Shown here: positions 29,157 through 38,772 of the stretch, in pieces
Layout of the letters: each line of letters starts with the position of its first letter
Position numbering within the stretch: position 1 is the first letter of the stretch
Notes under the pieces: generated by a model
The model's database searches: none
Told to the model about the DNA's origin: nothing
What the model saw: only the letters and a program-made list of their open reading frames with translations
Position numbers and translations under genes: made by a program
IMG/VR virus record: IMGVR_UViG_3300029984_000001
Coordinates: 199,572 to 263,571 of that record
Length of the DNA stretch: 64,000 nucleotides
Direction: 5' to 3' (one strand)

Positions 29157-30890
29157 ATGAAATTAAAAGATATGAAATTTGGTATTAAGGTAGATAATGA
29201 TTGGATTGAATGTGTAATTGGAAATAGTATTTATTATTCAAATAAATTAAGTATAAAATTTGATATTGAGGAAATTCTTGATATTCTTAATATTATAAGT
29301 AATTATTATAAATATACTAAAATAAGTTTTCATGTAGATGAAAACTGCCTTGGATATAAAATAACACATGATACTATTAGTTTATTGGCTGTAGAAATAA
29401 AGCCAGATGAAGAAATGATAAGTTGGATAATTAAAAATAAATCTAATGAATCTTATAATATAGAGATTCTATATAGAGAGCCAACTGTAATGGGGTTTCC
29501 CAATTTTATAAAAGAAAAGAAGAATACAGATAAGATTAAAGAGGAGACGATTAAAATGAAATTAAAAGAAATAATGTTTGGTATTAGATTTAGATCTATA
29601 AAGAGTGAATGTAACTGGCTTAAACGTTTTGATAAAGATGAAGTACTTCCATTGATGTTTGATATTCATATGACATTATACTCTTATAATGAAATAAAAG
29701 TATTTTTATCATTATATAATGAAGATGATATTGATATATGTTATGATGAAGATTGTGTTGGATACAAAATGACCCATAAAGATAGTAATTCAATAACACA
29801 ATTAAGTACTAGAGAATTAAAAGATCTATTTGATTTAGAATATGAAAATAATATACTTGAACCCATATACAATAATGAAGAGATGAAAAGTGATAATAAA
29901 ATGAAATTAAAAGACATGAAATTCTGTATTAAAAATATAAAAATAGATAAATGGGTTGGGAAGATAAAATATCACGAAACCATAGATCATGTAATAGAAT
30001 CAATAACATATGTCGATGATTATGAACATGAATATAATATTGATGAAATATTTGAAATATTTGATACTCAATCAGATATATCAGATTTTGAATTATATTG
30101 TGGTGAAAAATGTATTGGATATAGAATTACCTACGATAATAGTACACATAAATTTACACCTAGCAATTTAGTAGAGTTAGTCAGAATAAGTAAAGAACAA
30201 ATATTAAATTCAACCTATAAAGTTGAAATTGAAGTATTATATAAATGTGATATTATTTATGAAAATAAAGAAATAGAAGGAGATAATATTATAGACGAAA
30301 TTAAATATATTATTATGATAAAAACATGTTGCGATGATTGGGAATTTATTGGATATGAAGGGCAATATTCTTATTATCCAAGGAAAAAAGATATTATTAA
30401 TGCTAGAAAATTTAATAAAGATGATATTGATGTTCATCTAGGGAGAATATTATCATATTGTATGAATTTAGAACCTATAGAAATAAAAATACTAAAATAT
30501 GAAAATAATGGTAATTTAATAGCAAAACAATATAAAGAATTTAAAATTGATGAAGAAGAATTTGTATATAAGAATGATCCTATTATAAAACATATTGTAG
30601 ATTATTATCAAATAGTGCATAAAATAAAAGATTATTCGAAAATAGGTATGTTCCTAGATAGTATATATAATATAGCAATTGATGATAAAAACTATTTTTC
30701 AACATTTATAATAGCTTTATTTGAAGGTTTTCATCCTAAAATAACTCAATATCAAACAGATAAAGATTGTGTTTATAGAAAAATAAAAAATATGGATTTT
30801 GATATAGATGATATAAATAAATTATTTGAACAATCTCCATTAGAATTAAAATTACTAACAGAAATGTACAATTATCAAAATCAAGAATAA
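29157..30890 (+). CDS. Protein with three tandem MKLK[DE]xxF domains
   Basis: Repeat starts at 29157, 29556 and 29901, each with C[LVI]GY[KR]xT. Confidence 0.75.
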   Translation: MKLKDMKFGIKVDNDWIECVIGNSIYYSNKLSIKFDIEEILDILNIISNYYKYTKISFHVDENCLGYKITHDTISLLAVEIKPDEEMISWIIKNKSNESYNIEILYREPTVMGFPNFIKEKKNTDKIKEETIKMKLKEIMFGIRFRSIKSECNWLKRFDKDEVLPLMFDIHMTLYSYNEIKVFLSLYNEDDIDICYDEDCVGYKMTHKDSNSITQLSTRELKDLFDLEYENNILEPIYNNEEMKSDNKMKLKDMKFCIKNIKIDKWVGKIKYHETIDHVIESITYVDDYEHEYNIDEIFEIFDTQSDISDFELYCGEKCIGYRITYDNSTHKFTPSNLVELVRISKEQILNSTYKVEIEVLYKCDIIYENKEIEGDNIIDEIKYIIMIKTCCDDWEFIGYEGQYSYYPRKKDIINARKFNKDDIDVHLGRILSYCMNLEPIEIKILKYENNGNLIAKQYKEFKIDEEEFVYKNDPIIKHIVDYYQIVHKIKDYSKIGMFLDSIYNIAIDDKNYFSTFIIALFEGFHPKITQYQTDKDCVYRKIKNMDFDIDDINKLFEQSPLELKLLTEMYNYQNQE

Positions 30891-30930
30891 TAAAATTAAA
30901 GAGGGTGTTTTGCATCCTCTTTCTTTTTTG

Positions 30931-30942
30931 AACTTTAGAATA
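30931..30942 (+). promoter_or_regulatory. Late promoter AACT-N6-TA
   Basis: aact ttagaa ta. Confidence 0.65.
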
Positions 30943-30955
30943 AGAGGTGATTAAT

Positions 30956-33574
30956 ATGCCAAGATATAACGCTAATGAAATTGTAAATGAATCAAGTAAA
31001 TCAAATGAAAAACATTTATATTTTCTATCTAAAGATAATATGGATAATAAAACATTATATCCTAGAGTACCTGAGAATTATTTCACTAAGAATGGTCATG
31101 AAGATAATGAAACTAAAAGAGTTTGTTTTGCTACTTCTATACATAAAGCATTGATGGCTATTTCTATGAGAATGAAAGATATGATATTATATGTACATGT
31201 CCCTAAAACTATGAATATAGAGACATATAAACCTACAACAAAACAAGTTCCTGATTGTAAGATAACTGGAGAAACATGGGTTACTCATCCTATAGGACTA
31301 AAATGTATAGGGAAAATAAAAGTAATAGATGATTCTGGAAAAGATGGTCATAAATTTAAATACGGGGATAAAGAAGCTGAATTGTATGATTGGGACTGGG
31401 AATGGATTGAGAAGGATAAAGATATTATAAAGGAAAGATCTATAGTGAAAGAAAATCTATTAATTTCCGATAAAGATTTTTCAAATAATTTAGAGAAATG
31501 GGAGGATAGTAATTATCCAGTTTTATTAATCACAGGTCTATCGGGCGGTGGAAAGTCTACATTAGCTAATCAATTAGCTAAAGAATATAAAGCTGATGTA
31601 GTAGAATTAGATCAATTAGAATATAATCATAATAATTCAAAAAATAACTTTCTTAAAAAATTTATGGAAAGCGACTCAAAATATAATCAATATAATCATA
31701 TAAGTGAATATTGGAAAGACAAGAATGATAATACAGATAAAGATAAATTAATAAAAACAGTAAAAGAATATATTCATTTCTGTGTATCTTATGCTTTAAA
31801 GAACAATATTAAAACTATAATAGAAGGTATACAAATATATCAATTAATGTATACTAAAGAGGATTTGATTTATATGACTGATAAACCTATAATAATTATG
31901 GGGTCATCTCCTCTAATATCAAAATTAAGACAATTTAAAAGAATAATAAGTGGAGGTAACGGTGGACAAACATTAAAAACACTTATTCAAGATAATAATT
32001 ATTTAAGTGATTTTAGAAATGACATAAAATCTACAATAAAAGAAACAAAGGAGGATGATGAAATGGGTATTAGATTTAATTTAAATGAAAATAAAGAAAT
32101 TATAGTAAGACCACAATATGAATTATGTTTATTAGAATCAGGAGTATCTTATCAAAAGAAATATAAATGTCCTTATTGTGAAACTAGATTAGATAGACAA
32201 AAACTTATAACTCATATTTTAGATGAGCATGAAGATTTCATACCAGAAAATTATACTGCTACTAGAATTGTATTTAATATAATAAATAAAAAAGAAAAAG
32301 GTAGTTGTGTTATATGTGGTAAAGAAACTTTATGGGATGAGAATAAAGCTAAGTATGATAGATTCTGTTGTGAGAAATGTGTACAAGATTATAGAAAACA
32401 AAGAGATGAAGCTATGATACGAACAAAAGGTAAATTATATGTAACAGATGATCCAGAATTTCAAAAGAAGATGTTAGCTAATAGAGGAATATCTGGAGAA
32501 TATATATGGTCAGATGGAATAAAGAGAACTTATACTGGTAGTTATGAAAAGAAATTATTAGAGTTCTTGGATGAAGTAATGGGATTTAAATCATTGGATG
32601 TTATTACACCAGGTGATACAGTTTTATACGAAGATAATGAAGGTAAAGAACGTGCTTGGATATTGGATGTAACGATTATTCCTTATAATTTACAAATAGA
32701 TGCTAAAGATGGAGGGGATAATCCTAATAATAGAGAGATGCCTGAATATAGGGCTAAACAAACATCAAAAGAGAAAGCCATATTTGAACAAGGTAAATAT
32801 AATTATCTAAGACTTACTAATAATAACTTTGGGCAATTAATAAATACTCTGGCTCAAATTAAATTAAATCTATTAGATAATAAACAAGATAAAATATGGC
32901 ACGTAAATGAATATATGGCTATGAGTGGAGTTAATCCTGTGGTTACTAAAACAGCAGATTCTAAACCAGTATCTTACATAGTTCCTTGTATGATTCAAAA
33001 TTCATTTGTAGAGCCATTATATTCTAGAGATCAATATTTAGAAAAATTATATAGAATTGTAGATGGTAAATTAATATTAACTAATAGATCTGAAGTTAAG
33101 AAACAATTCGATGTATCTACTAAACTATTAAAATCTAGTGTAGCTGATAAAGTAAAAATCGGTATAGATGAATTAATTACTAAAGAACAATATGTAGATC
33201 ATAACATGATGTTTGAAATGTTAACAGGTCATCAATTATTAGATAAGAATCAATATTTCTTTGACGAGAATTTAGAGGTGGAATTGGAGGGTTTTTATAA
33301 ATCTAAAATAAGAAGGGATATTATAGAAGCTACTTTTTCAAATCTTCTAAATCAATATAAAGTATCTATTTGTGAGAATGCTCATAATATTAAATATAAA
33401 AATTTGACAATATTAAGAGATAATAAAGGATTCTATGCTTATAATGAAGAAACGAATAAAAGAACTGGAAGTTATGAATTAATAAACGAGATACCAGATG
33501 AAGTATTGGATTTATTGAATGATGATGATTTCTTAGATACAGATGATGATTTTAACTTTGAAGAAATCAGTTAG
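30956..33574 (+). CDS. Multidomain protein: ART-like domain, P-loop kinase, Zn fingers, PD-(D/E)xK-like nuclease
   Basis: LYPRVP...RVCFATS...DCKITGETW; ITGLSGGGKST; CPYC..H..H and CVIC..FCCEKC; YE...ILD...QIDAKD. Confidence 0.7.
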   Translation: MPRYNANEIVNESSKSNEKHLYFLSKDNMDNKTLYPRVPENYFTKNGHEDNETKRVCFATSIHKALMAISMRMKDMILYVHVPKTMNIETYKPTTKQVPDCKITGETWVTHPIGLKCIGKIKVIDDSGKDGHKFKYGDKEAELYDWDWEWIEKDKDIIKERSIVKENLLISDKDFSNNLEKWEDSNYPVLLITGLSGGGKSTLANQLAKEYKADVVELDQLEYNHNNSKNNFLKKFMESDSKYNQYNHISEYWKDKNDNTDKDKLIKTVKEYIHFCVSYALKNNIKTIIEGIQIYQLMYTKEDLIYMTDKPIIIMGSSPLISKLRQFKRIISGGNGGQTLKTLIQDNNYLSDFRNDIKSTIKETKEDDEMGIRFNLNENKEIIVRPQYELCLLESGVSYQKKYKCPYCETRLDRQKLITHILDEHEDFIPENYTATRIVFNIINKKEKGSCVICGKETLWDENKAKYDRFCCEKCVQDYRKQRDEAMIRTKGKLYVTDDPEFQKKMLANRGISGEYIWSDGIKRTYTGSYEKKLLEFLDEVMGFKSLDVITPGDTVLYEDNEGKERAWILDVTIIPYNLQIDAKDGGDNPNNREMPEYRAKQTSKEKAIFEQGKYNYLRLTNNNFGQLINTLAQIKLNLLDNKQDKIWHVNEYMAMSGVNPVVTKTADSKPVSYIVPCMIQNSFVEPLYSRDQYLEKLYRIVDGKLILTNRSEVKKQFDVSTKLLKSSVADKVKIGIDELITKEQYVDHNMMFEMLTGHQLLDKNQYFFDENLEVELEGFYKSKIRRDIIEATFSNLLNQYKVSICENAHNIKYKNLTILRDNKGFYAYNEETNKRTGSYELINEIPDEVLDLLNDDDFLDTDDDFNFEEIS

Positions 33575-33603
33575 AATATATTTGTAAATAATTGGATTTA
33601 TAA

Positions 33604-33622
33604 CCATATATTATATACTTGA
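33604..33622 (+). promoter_or_regulatory. Early-type promoter variant
   Basis: ccatatattata tact tga. Confidence 0.55.
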
Positions 33623-33640
33623 GAGAGAAGGGGATATAAT

Positions 33641-33808
33641 ATGGATATTTATATTGGTCAAAGGGTTATAAATCCAGTATACAAACCATCAGATATTATA
33701 CATAATAGAAAACGAATTTTAACAAAACATAAAAAGAAAGAGGAAGAGATACAAACAAATTTTCAAAGTATTTTAGATGAATATAAAAAACGGGGGAGTG
33801 TAAAATGA
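33641..33808 (+). CDS. 55-aa basic protein (below the ORF-track cutoff)
   Basis: SD aagggg; MDIYIGQRV...RGSVK*; ATGA overlap with the next gene. Confidence 0.6.
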   Translation: MDIYIGQRVINPVYKPSDIIHNRKRILTKHKKKEEEIQTNFQSILDEYKKRGSVK

Positions 33809-35031
33809 AAGAAAAGAAAGATAAGTATTTCGATTTAAAGATTCATTTAAACAATTTTAAAGGAAATAGTGGAATAGATATCGTAAATAAGATTCAACAA
33901 ATTTTAAAAGATAATGGTATAAATCCAAATTCTATATTAATACAAGATACAGAAAATTATAAACATCAAAAGTTAACATTATCAAATATGTGTAAATTCT
34001 TTGGTTTATCTAAATCGGAAATTTTAGAATCTAGAAAAATAAATTGGTTTAAGATATCTGAACATGCTCAATTATCTGAAGGATTTATTAGATTTGCAGA
34101 TGATAAATTAGATTGGGATTGGATTTGTTATAGGGTTAATAAAGATGAATTAAAAGTAGGGAAAGAATTTAAAGACATATATCAATATAATTTTGAAGAA
34201 TATGAATATTCTTATGACGACGAAATTCCAGATAGTGGTGAGACTAGATTAAGTGGTGATATAAATAAAATGAATAAGAAAAAAGATGATTGTAAACCTG
34301 ATATATCTAATCATCACAATAGAGGAATGAGATCACCTTATGATAGTGGTCTTCCTTTTATACCACCCGATAAACCATATTTTAAAGATGTACCAGAATT
34401 TAAATTGCCACCATTAACATTCTTTGAAAATAAACCAGAATTTCAAGGTTCTTATATAGGAGATCCAATGGGAATACCATCCTTTATTCATCCTATGGAT
34501 GGTAATGTACCTTTGGATATAGAAAATATGTCGGAAGATGAATTAAATGATCTTAAAGAAGATCTAGCAAAACAATATGGAATTCCTCCAGAAGCAGTTG
34601 TAATAAATTATATTGATCCTAATACAGGAATAAATCATGAGAATATAACTAATAATCCCTATTACAATAATCCAGAACTAGCTAAAGAAGAAAATAAAAA
34701 ACAATTAATGAAAACTTATATAACCATGGATAATTATAAAAAAGAATTATTAGATATGAATCATTATGATTCTAATATGTGGTCAATGATATCTAGAAAA
34801 CTTTGGTTATCTCCAGAATTTGTAGATCATTTTAAAGATAAAATATACTTTGCAGGATTAGTAAATGAAAATCCTCATTTTGTAGAGCTAATGAAGTGTG
34901 ACTGGTTCTTCGATAAATATATAGATACTTTTAAAGAATTAAAAGTTGTACAAAATGTTATGACAAGACATTTAAAACCTGAATTTACTGTAATAGAAGG
35001 TGGATTAAAGTTACCAAAAAGTGAAATGTAA
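33805..35031 (+). CDS. Trp-repeat protein with central Pro-rich insert
   Basis: INWFKISEHAQLSEGFIRFADDKLDW and WSMISRKLWLSPEFVDHFKDKI. Confidence 0.7.
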   Translation: MKEKKDKYFDLKIHLNNFKGNSGIDIVNKIQQILKDNGINPNSILIQDTENYKHQKLTLSNMCKFFGLSKSEILESRKINWFKISEHAQLSEGFIRFADDKLDWDWICYRVNKDELKVGKEFKDIYQYNFEEYEYSYDDEIPDSGETRLSGDINKMNKKKDDCKPDISNHHNRGMRSPYDSGLPFIPPDKPYFKDVPEFKLPPLTFFENKPEFQGSYIGDPMGIPSFIHPMDGNVPLDIENMSEDELNDLKEDLAKQYGIPPEAVVINYIDPNTGINHENITNNPYYNNPELAKEENKKQLMKTYITMDNYKKELLDMNHYDSNMWSMISRKLWLSPEFVDHFKDKIYFAGLVNENPHFVELMKCDWFFDKYIDTFKELKVVQNVMTRHLKPEFTVIEGGLKLPKSEM

Positions 35032-35045
35032 AGGGGGTGTCGTAA

Positions 35046-35282
35046 ATGAAGAAGATTGTAAAAAGTAAAGATGATGTTATAGAAGGATTGGGTTATATAA
35101 TTAAAAGATACAATCAATTAAAAATCAAAATTAATAAAAGTTCTGCTTACACAAAAGAAGAGACAGAAGAAAGACTTAAATTGTTACATGAAAGAGATAT
35201 CTTAAGTAATATATTATATGAACATTTTGATTTACAAGATCATGAATTAGATGATGAAGATAATGAAATAATTATAGAATGA
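35046..35282 (+). CDS. Hypothetical protein
   Basis: SD aaggggg; followed by a terminator at about 35291-35322. Confidence 0.65.
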   Translation: MKKIVKSKDDVIEGLGYIIKRYNQLKIKINKSSAYTKEETEERLKLLHERDILSNILYEHFDLQDHELDDEDNEIIIE

Positions 35283-35329
35283 TTATTATAAATAAAAGGG
35301 ATTTAGTTCCCTTTTATTTTTTATCGAAA

Positions 35330-35341
35330 AACATTAGACTA
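35330..35341 (+). promoter_or_regulatory. Late promoter AACA-N6-TA
   Basis: aaca ttagac ta. Confidence 0.7.
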
Positions 35342-35359
35342 ATAAAAGGAGGGGTTTAG

Positions 35360-36925
35360 ATGATGATACCTGAAATATTAACATTAGAAATTTTAGAAGA
35401 AGCTATAAATAATCCATCAGAAGATAATATAAGTGATAATGGAACTATTGATGTATTCTCTACAATAGAAGATCTACCGTATTATGATGCAAGTGCTCTT
35501 ATAGATATGGGAGTGTACAATATTACAAGTTCTAGTAATTATTTTGATTGTCCACCAGATAATTATATTATAGGAGAAGATATAAGGACAAGCCAATGGT
35601 TCGAACAATATAAAATGTTATGCAATGGAATTATAACTCAAGAGTATTTAGATTTGTCTATAGATAGATTAAGAAAATTACAAGAGTTGTATTTAGATTA
35701 TGACAGTATAATCAAAGAGGGTTCTATATCTCGAATTAATGCTAGAAAACAATCAATATTAGAATTAGGACATAATCCTGAAATATCATTTAATTTGAAG
35801 ATTAGAACTAGAATCAATGAAATGAGAAGAGTAGAGTTATCTTCTAAATTAGAATCATTTGAAGAAGTAATTGCTGAAGATATAAATTGTAGAGATTATT
35901 TAACAGAATCAGTACATAAAATAAAAGATAGTGTTGTATATGTTGTCTTAACATATACTGGAACTACATTTGGTAAGATAATATCTAAAGTTACAAACTG
36001 TAAGTACTCTCACGCTGGTATATCTTTTAACAGTGATTTATCAGAGGTTTATTCATTTAATGGTTCAACTAATGGGTTTAGTCATGAATCTATCAAAAAA
36101 TATATGAGTGAGAGTAAAGAAGCTAGAATAGTTGTTTATGGGATTGTATTACCTAAATTTAAATTAGACACAATGAAGACCACTGTTGAGACTATTAAAA
36201 AAAGTGATTATAGTTATAGTTTCTTAACTGGTTTAACTGCTGTATTAAATAAACCAATGAAACGAAATAATGCTATGATTTGTTCTCAATTTGTAGATTC
36301 AATACTTAAGTCTGGTAAAATAAATATATTAAAAAGAGATAGTTCTGTAGTTTTACCATCACATTTCTATGGTACTAAGAGTAAAAGAATGATTAAATTA
36401 TTTGAAGGTCCAATGATTGATTATAATAGTATAAAGGCTGCTTCTTTAATAGGTAATTATATAGAAAAAAATCCTGTAGAAGAATCTGTAGTATTAGAAG
36501 TAAAAGAGTTTCCTGCTGGATTTGATGAAGATGGTAATCTGTTAATAAAGAATATGAAGAAACTAGATTATAATTTAGAATATTCCAAATCCCATAAACT
36601 ATTAAAGAGTTATGAAAAATCTGAGAACTATTATCCTATGGCATATGAATTAAGCAAGTTGTGGTTTATGAATAGTTTATTAGAGGAGAAGATTTATAAT
36701 GGTAAGATTAAACCAGAAGAAAAGAAAGATTTATTCACTATACGATCTAAAATACTTAATGATTTTAATAGATATTTACCTATATTATGTGAGCATGAGA
36801 AAGGGTTTAATTTTACTCATTATTATAATGATACTCCTTTCTCGGATTCGGTATATAAAATAAATCATAGCACTATAAAATATAGTATAGATTTGTTAAA
36901 GAATATAAAACTATTAATGTTGTAA
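35360..36925 (+). CDS. Virion-type protein with a permuted papain-like NlpC/P60 (YiiX/LRAT-like) domain
   Basis: YSHAGISF (His) preceding MICSQFV (Cys); domain bounded by LTE and VLE. Confidence 0.75.
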   Translation: MMIPEILTLEILEEAINNPSEDNISDNGTIDVFSTIEDLPYYDASALIDMGVYNITSSSNYFDCPPDNYIIGEDIRTSQWFEQYKMLCNGIITQEYLDLSIDRLRKLQELYLDYDSIIKEGSISRINARKQSILELGHNPEISFNLKIRTRINEMRRVELSSKLESFEEVIAEDINCRDYLTESVHKIKDSVVYVVLTYTGTTFGKIISKVTNCKYSHAGISFNSDLSEVYSFNGSTNGFSHESIKKYMSESKEARIVVYGIVLPKFKLDTMKTTVETIKKSDYSYSFLTGLTAVLNKPMKRNNAMICSQFVDSILKSGKINILKRDSSVVLPSHFYGTKSKRMIKLFEGPMIDYNSIKAASLIGNYIEKNPVEESVVLEVKEFPAGFDEDGNLLIKNMKKLDYNLEYSKSHKLLKSYEKSENYYPMAYELSKLWFMNSLLEEKIYNGKIKPEEKKDLFTIRSKILNDFNRYLPILCEHEKGFNFTHYYNDTPFSDSVYKINHSTIKYSIDLLKNIKLLML

Positions 36926-36941
36926 AAGTTCAATTATTTGA

Positions 36942-36960
36942 TTATATATTATAAGTATGA
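36942..36960 (+). promoter_or_regulatory. Early-type promoter
   Basis: ttatatattata agta tga. Confidence 0.65.
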
Positions 36961-37029
36961 ATAACATATTGAAGTTGATTAATTTCAACTTCATATTTTA
37001 TATTAAATTACATAGAGGAGAGAAATAAA

Positions 37030-37185
37030 ATGGATAATAAAATTGAACAAGAGGTAATTTTAATGGAAAATGAAATGGAAAACAATAGAGTCTTAAATGA
37101 AAACCTAATAGAAATAGACAGAGCATTTCAACAACAACAAATAATGGATATGCAAATTAATTTAGGATTTGGAATGGTATTTTAA
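37030..37185 (+). CDS. 51-aa protein (below the ORF-track cutoff)
   Basis: SD gaggag; MDNKIEQEV...LGFGMVF*. Confidence 0.6.
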   Translation: MDNKIEQEVILMENEMENNRVLNENLIEIDRAFQQQQIMDMQINLGFGMVF

Positions 37186-37210
37186 TAATAATAAAGAGGA
37201 GCGAAATAAT

Positions 37211-37690
37211 ATGAAATTAAGTATAGAAGCACAACAAAAAATAATGAATATCATGAGTATAAAATATAGTATATGTAGTTTAGAAGACTATAGAATCGTT
37301 AATATAGAAATATTTACAGAAGATGATAAATCTATGGTAGACTTAAATTTTGATACTTCTTTGATTACAAAAGATAATATTGAATTTATTAAACTTATAT
37401 TAAATAATATAGAAAATAATATGGATACTTGGGAAAAATTATATGATACTAAGAAAATTAAAAACTATTCTATAAATTTTGAAAAAAGATGTTTCGGAGT
37501 TGTATCTAATAATGAAGAAAATTTATCCATCAATGATAATGATAAAATTTTAGAAAGATACATAACTGATAATGAAAATGAAATTATATTAGAAGAGACT
37601 TTATCGTTAAATTATCTTAGAGAAGGTATGAAAGAATATATCAATGGAATACTATTAGAAATAGTTGCGGTTGTAGAATCAGAATTATAA
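37211..37690 (+). CDS. Hypothetical protein, paralog A1
   Basis: FIKLIL...KLYDTKKIKNYSINF is similar to the next gene. Confidence 0.7.
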   Translation: MKLSIEAQQKIMNIMSIKYSICSLEDYRIVNIEIFTEDDKSMVDLNFDTSLITKDNIEFIKLILNNIENNMDTWEKLYDTKKIKNYSINFEKRCFGVVSNNEENLSINDNDKILERYITDNENEIILEETLSLNYLREGMKEYINGILLEIVAVVESEL

Positions 37691-37756
37691 AATGAGTAGA
37701 ACTGGATTTTTCCAGTTCTATATTTTACGATAAATAATATAAAGGTGGTAATACTA

Positions 37757-38221
37757 ATGAATACAAATATTGTAAAAGTAACAAATAATATATTAACAAC
37801 AATGGGGTTAATGAATAAGAGTAAATACTCTTTATTTAAAGAAGAAAATGACATGGTATTAGAATTAGAACCAATTATAGATTGTCATATAGGAATTAAC
37901 TTAGAAAGTATTAATAATGAAGCTAAAGCTTTTATTAAACTTCTTACAGATTCTATATCATTTGATGATGATAATTCATTATTTGAATTATATATAGATA
38001 ATAAAATTAAGAATTTCTTCGTTGATTATAATATAGGATTAATATATATAATTAATAAAGAGAACACAATTCATTGTGCATATGAATACGGTATTGAAGG
38101 TAAAGATTATATTACATTTGTAGATGAATCAAATGATTCAATATTATATTTTGAAATAGCTAGTCATTTAAGTAAAGATATAATAATACAATCAGCAAGA
38201 CAAATAATAAATTTAATTTAA
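37757..38221 (+). CDS. Hypothetical protein, paralog A2
   Basis: FIKLLT...ELYIDNKIKNFFVDY. Confidence 0.7.
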   Translation: MNTNIVKVTNNILTTMGLMNKSKYSLFKEENDMVLELEPIIDCHIGINLESINNEAKAFIKLLTDSISFDDDNSLFELYIDNKIKNFFVDYNIGLIYIINKENTIHCAYEYGIEGKDYITFVDESNDSILYFEIASHLSKDIIIQSARQIINLI

Positions 38222-38235
38222 AGGAGAGAATAATA

Positions 38236-38670
38236 ATGGTAAATATATTTACACTAAACTATGCTAATGATTGGATAATTGAAGAGGAACATGATATGAT
38301 TAAAATTAAACCTAAGGATTTTAATCCTATAAAAGCTGACTTTATAATTTCTAAAGAATATAAATTAATACCAATTCATATGAGAGAGATTGTAGAGATT
38401 CTGTATAATTTTTGTAATATACAAAGATTAAATAAAATGATGACTAAGGATTATCTTAAAAATATAAAATTAGTATCAGACACATTAATATTCTCATCAG
38501 AAAATATTATATTTACAATTATAAATAAAGAAAAAGGAGTTGAGATTCTTGTATTAGATAAAGATGAAAATTTGATACTAAATATATTATGTCATGAGTC
38601 TTATATAACGGAAGAAGATTATGATGTTATATATGAAACTTGTAAAGAGATATTAAAGAAATTATTATAG
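38236..38670 (+). CDS. Hypothetical protein, possible paralog A3
   Basis: SD aaggag; similar size and weak similarity. Confidence 0.65.
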   Translation: MVNIFTLNYANDWIIEEEHDMIKIKPKDFNPIKADFIISKEYKLIPIHMREIVEILYNFCNIQRLNKMMTKDYLKNIKLVSDTLIFSSENIIFTIINKEKGVEILVLDKDENLILNILCHESYITEEDYDVIYETCKEILKKLL

Positions 38671-38719
38671 ATGGGTTGTATAAAACAACCTTTTCTTTTT
38701 TATATAAAAAATATTATAA

Positions 38720-38738
38720 TTATATATTATAGTATTGG
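38720..38738 (+). promoter_or_regulatory. Early-type promoter
   Basis: ttatatattata gtat tgg. Confidence 0.6.
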
Positions 38739-38772
38739 TAAACAGAATAAATATATTAAGGAGATTGATAAA

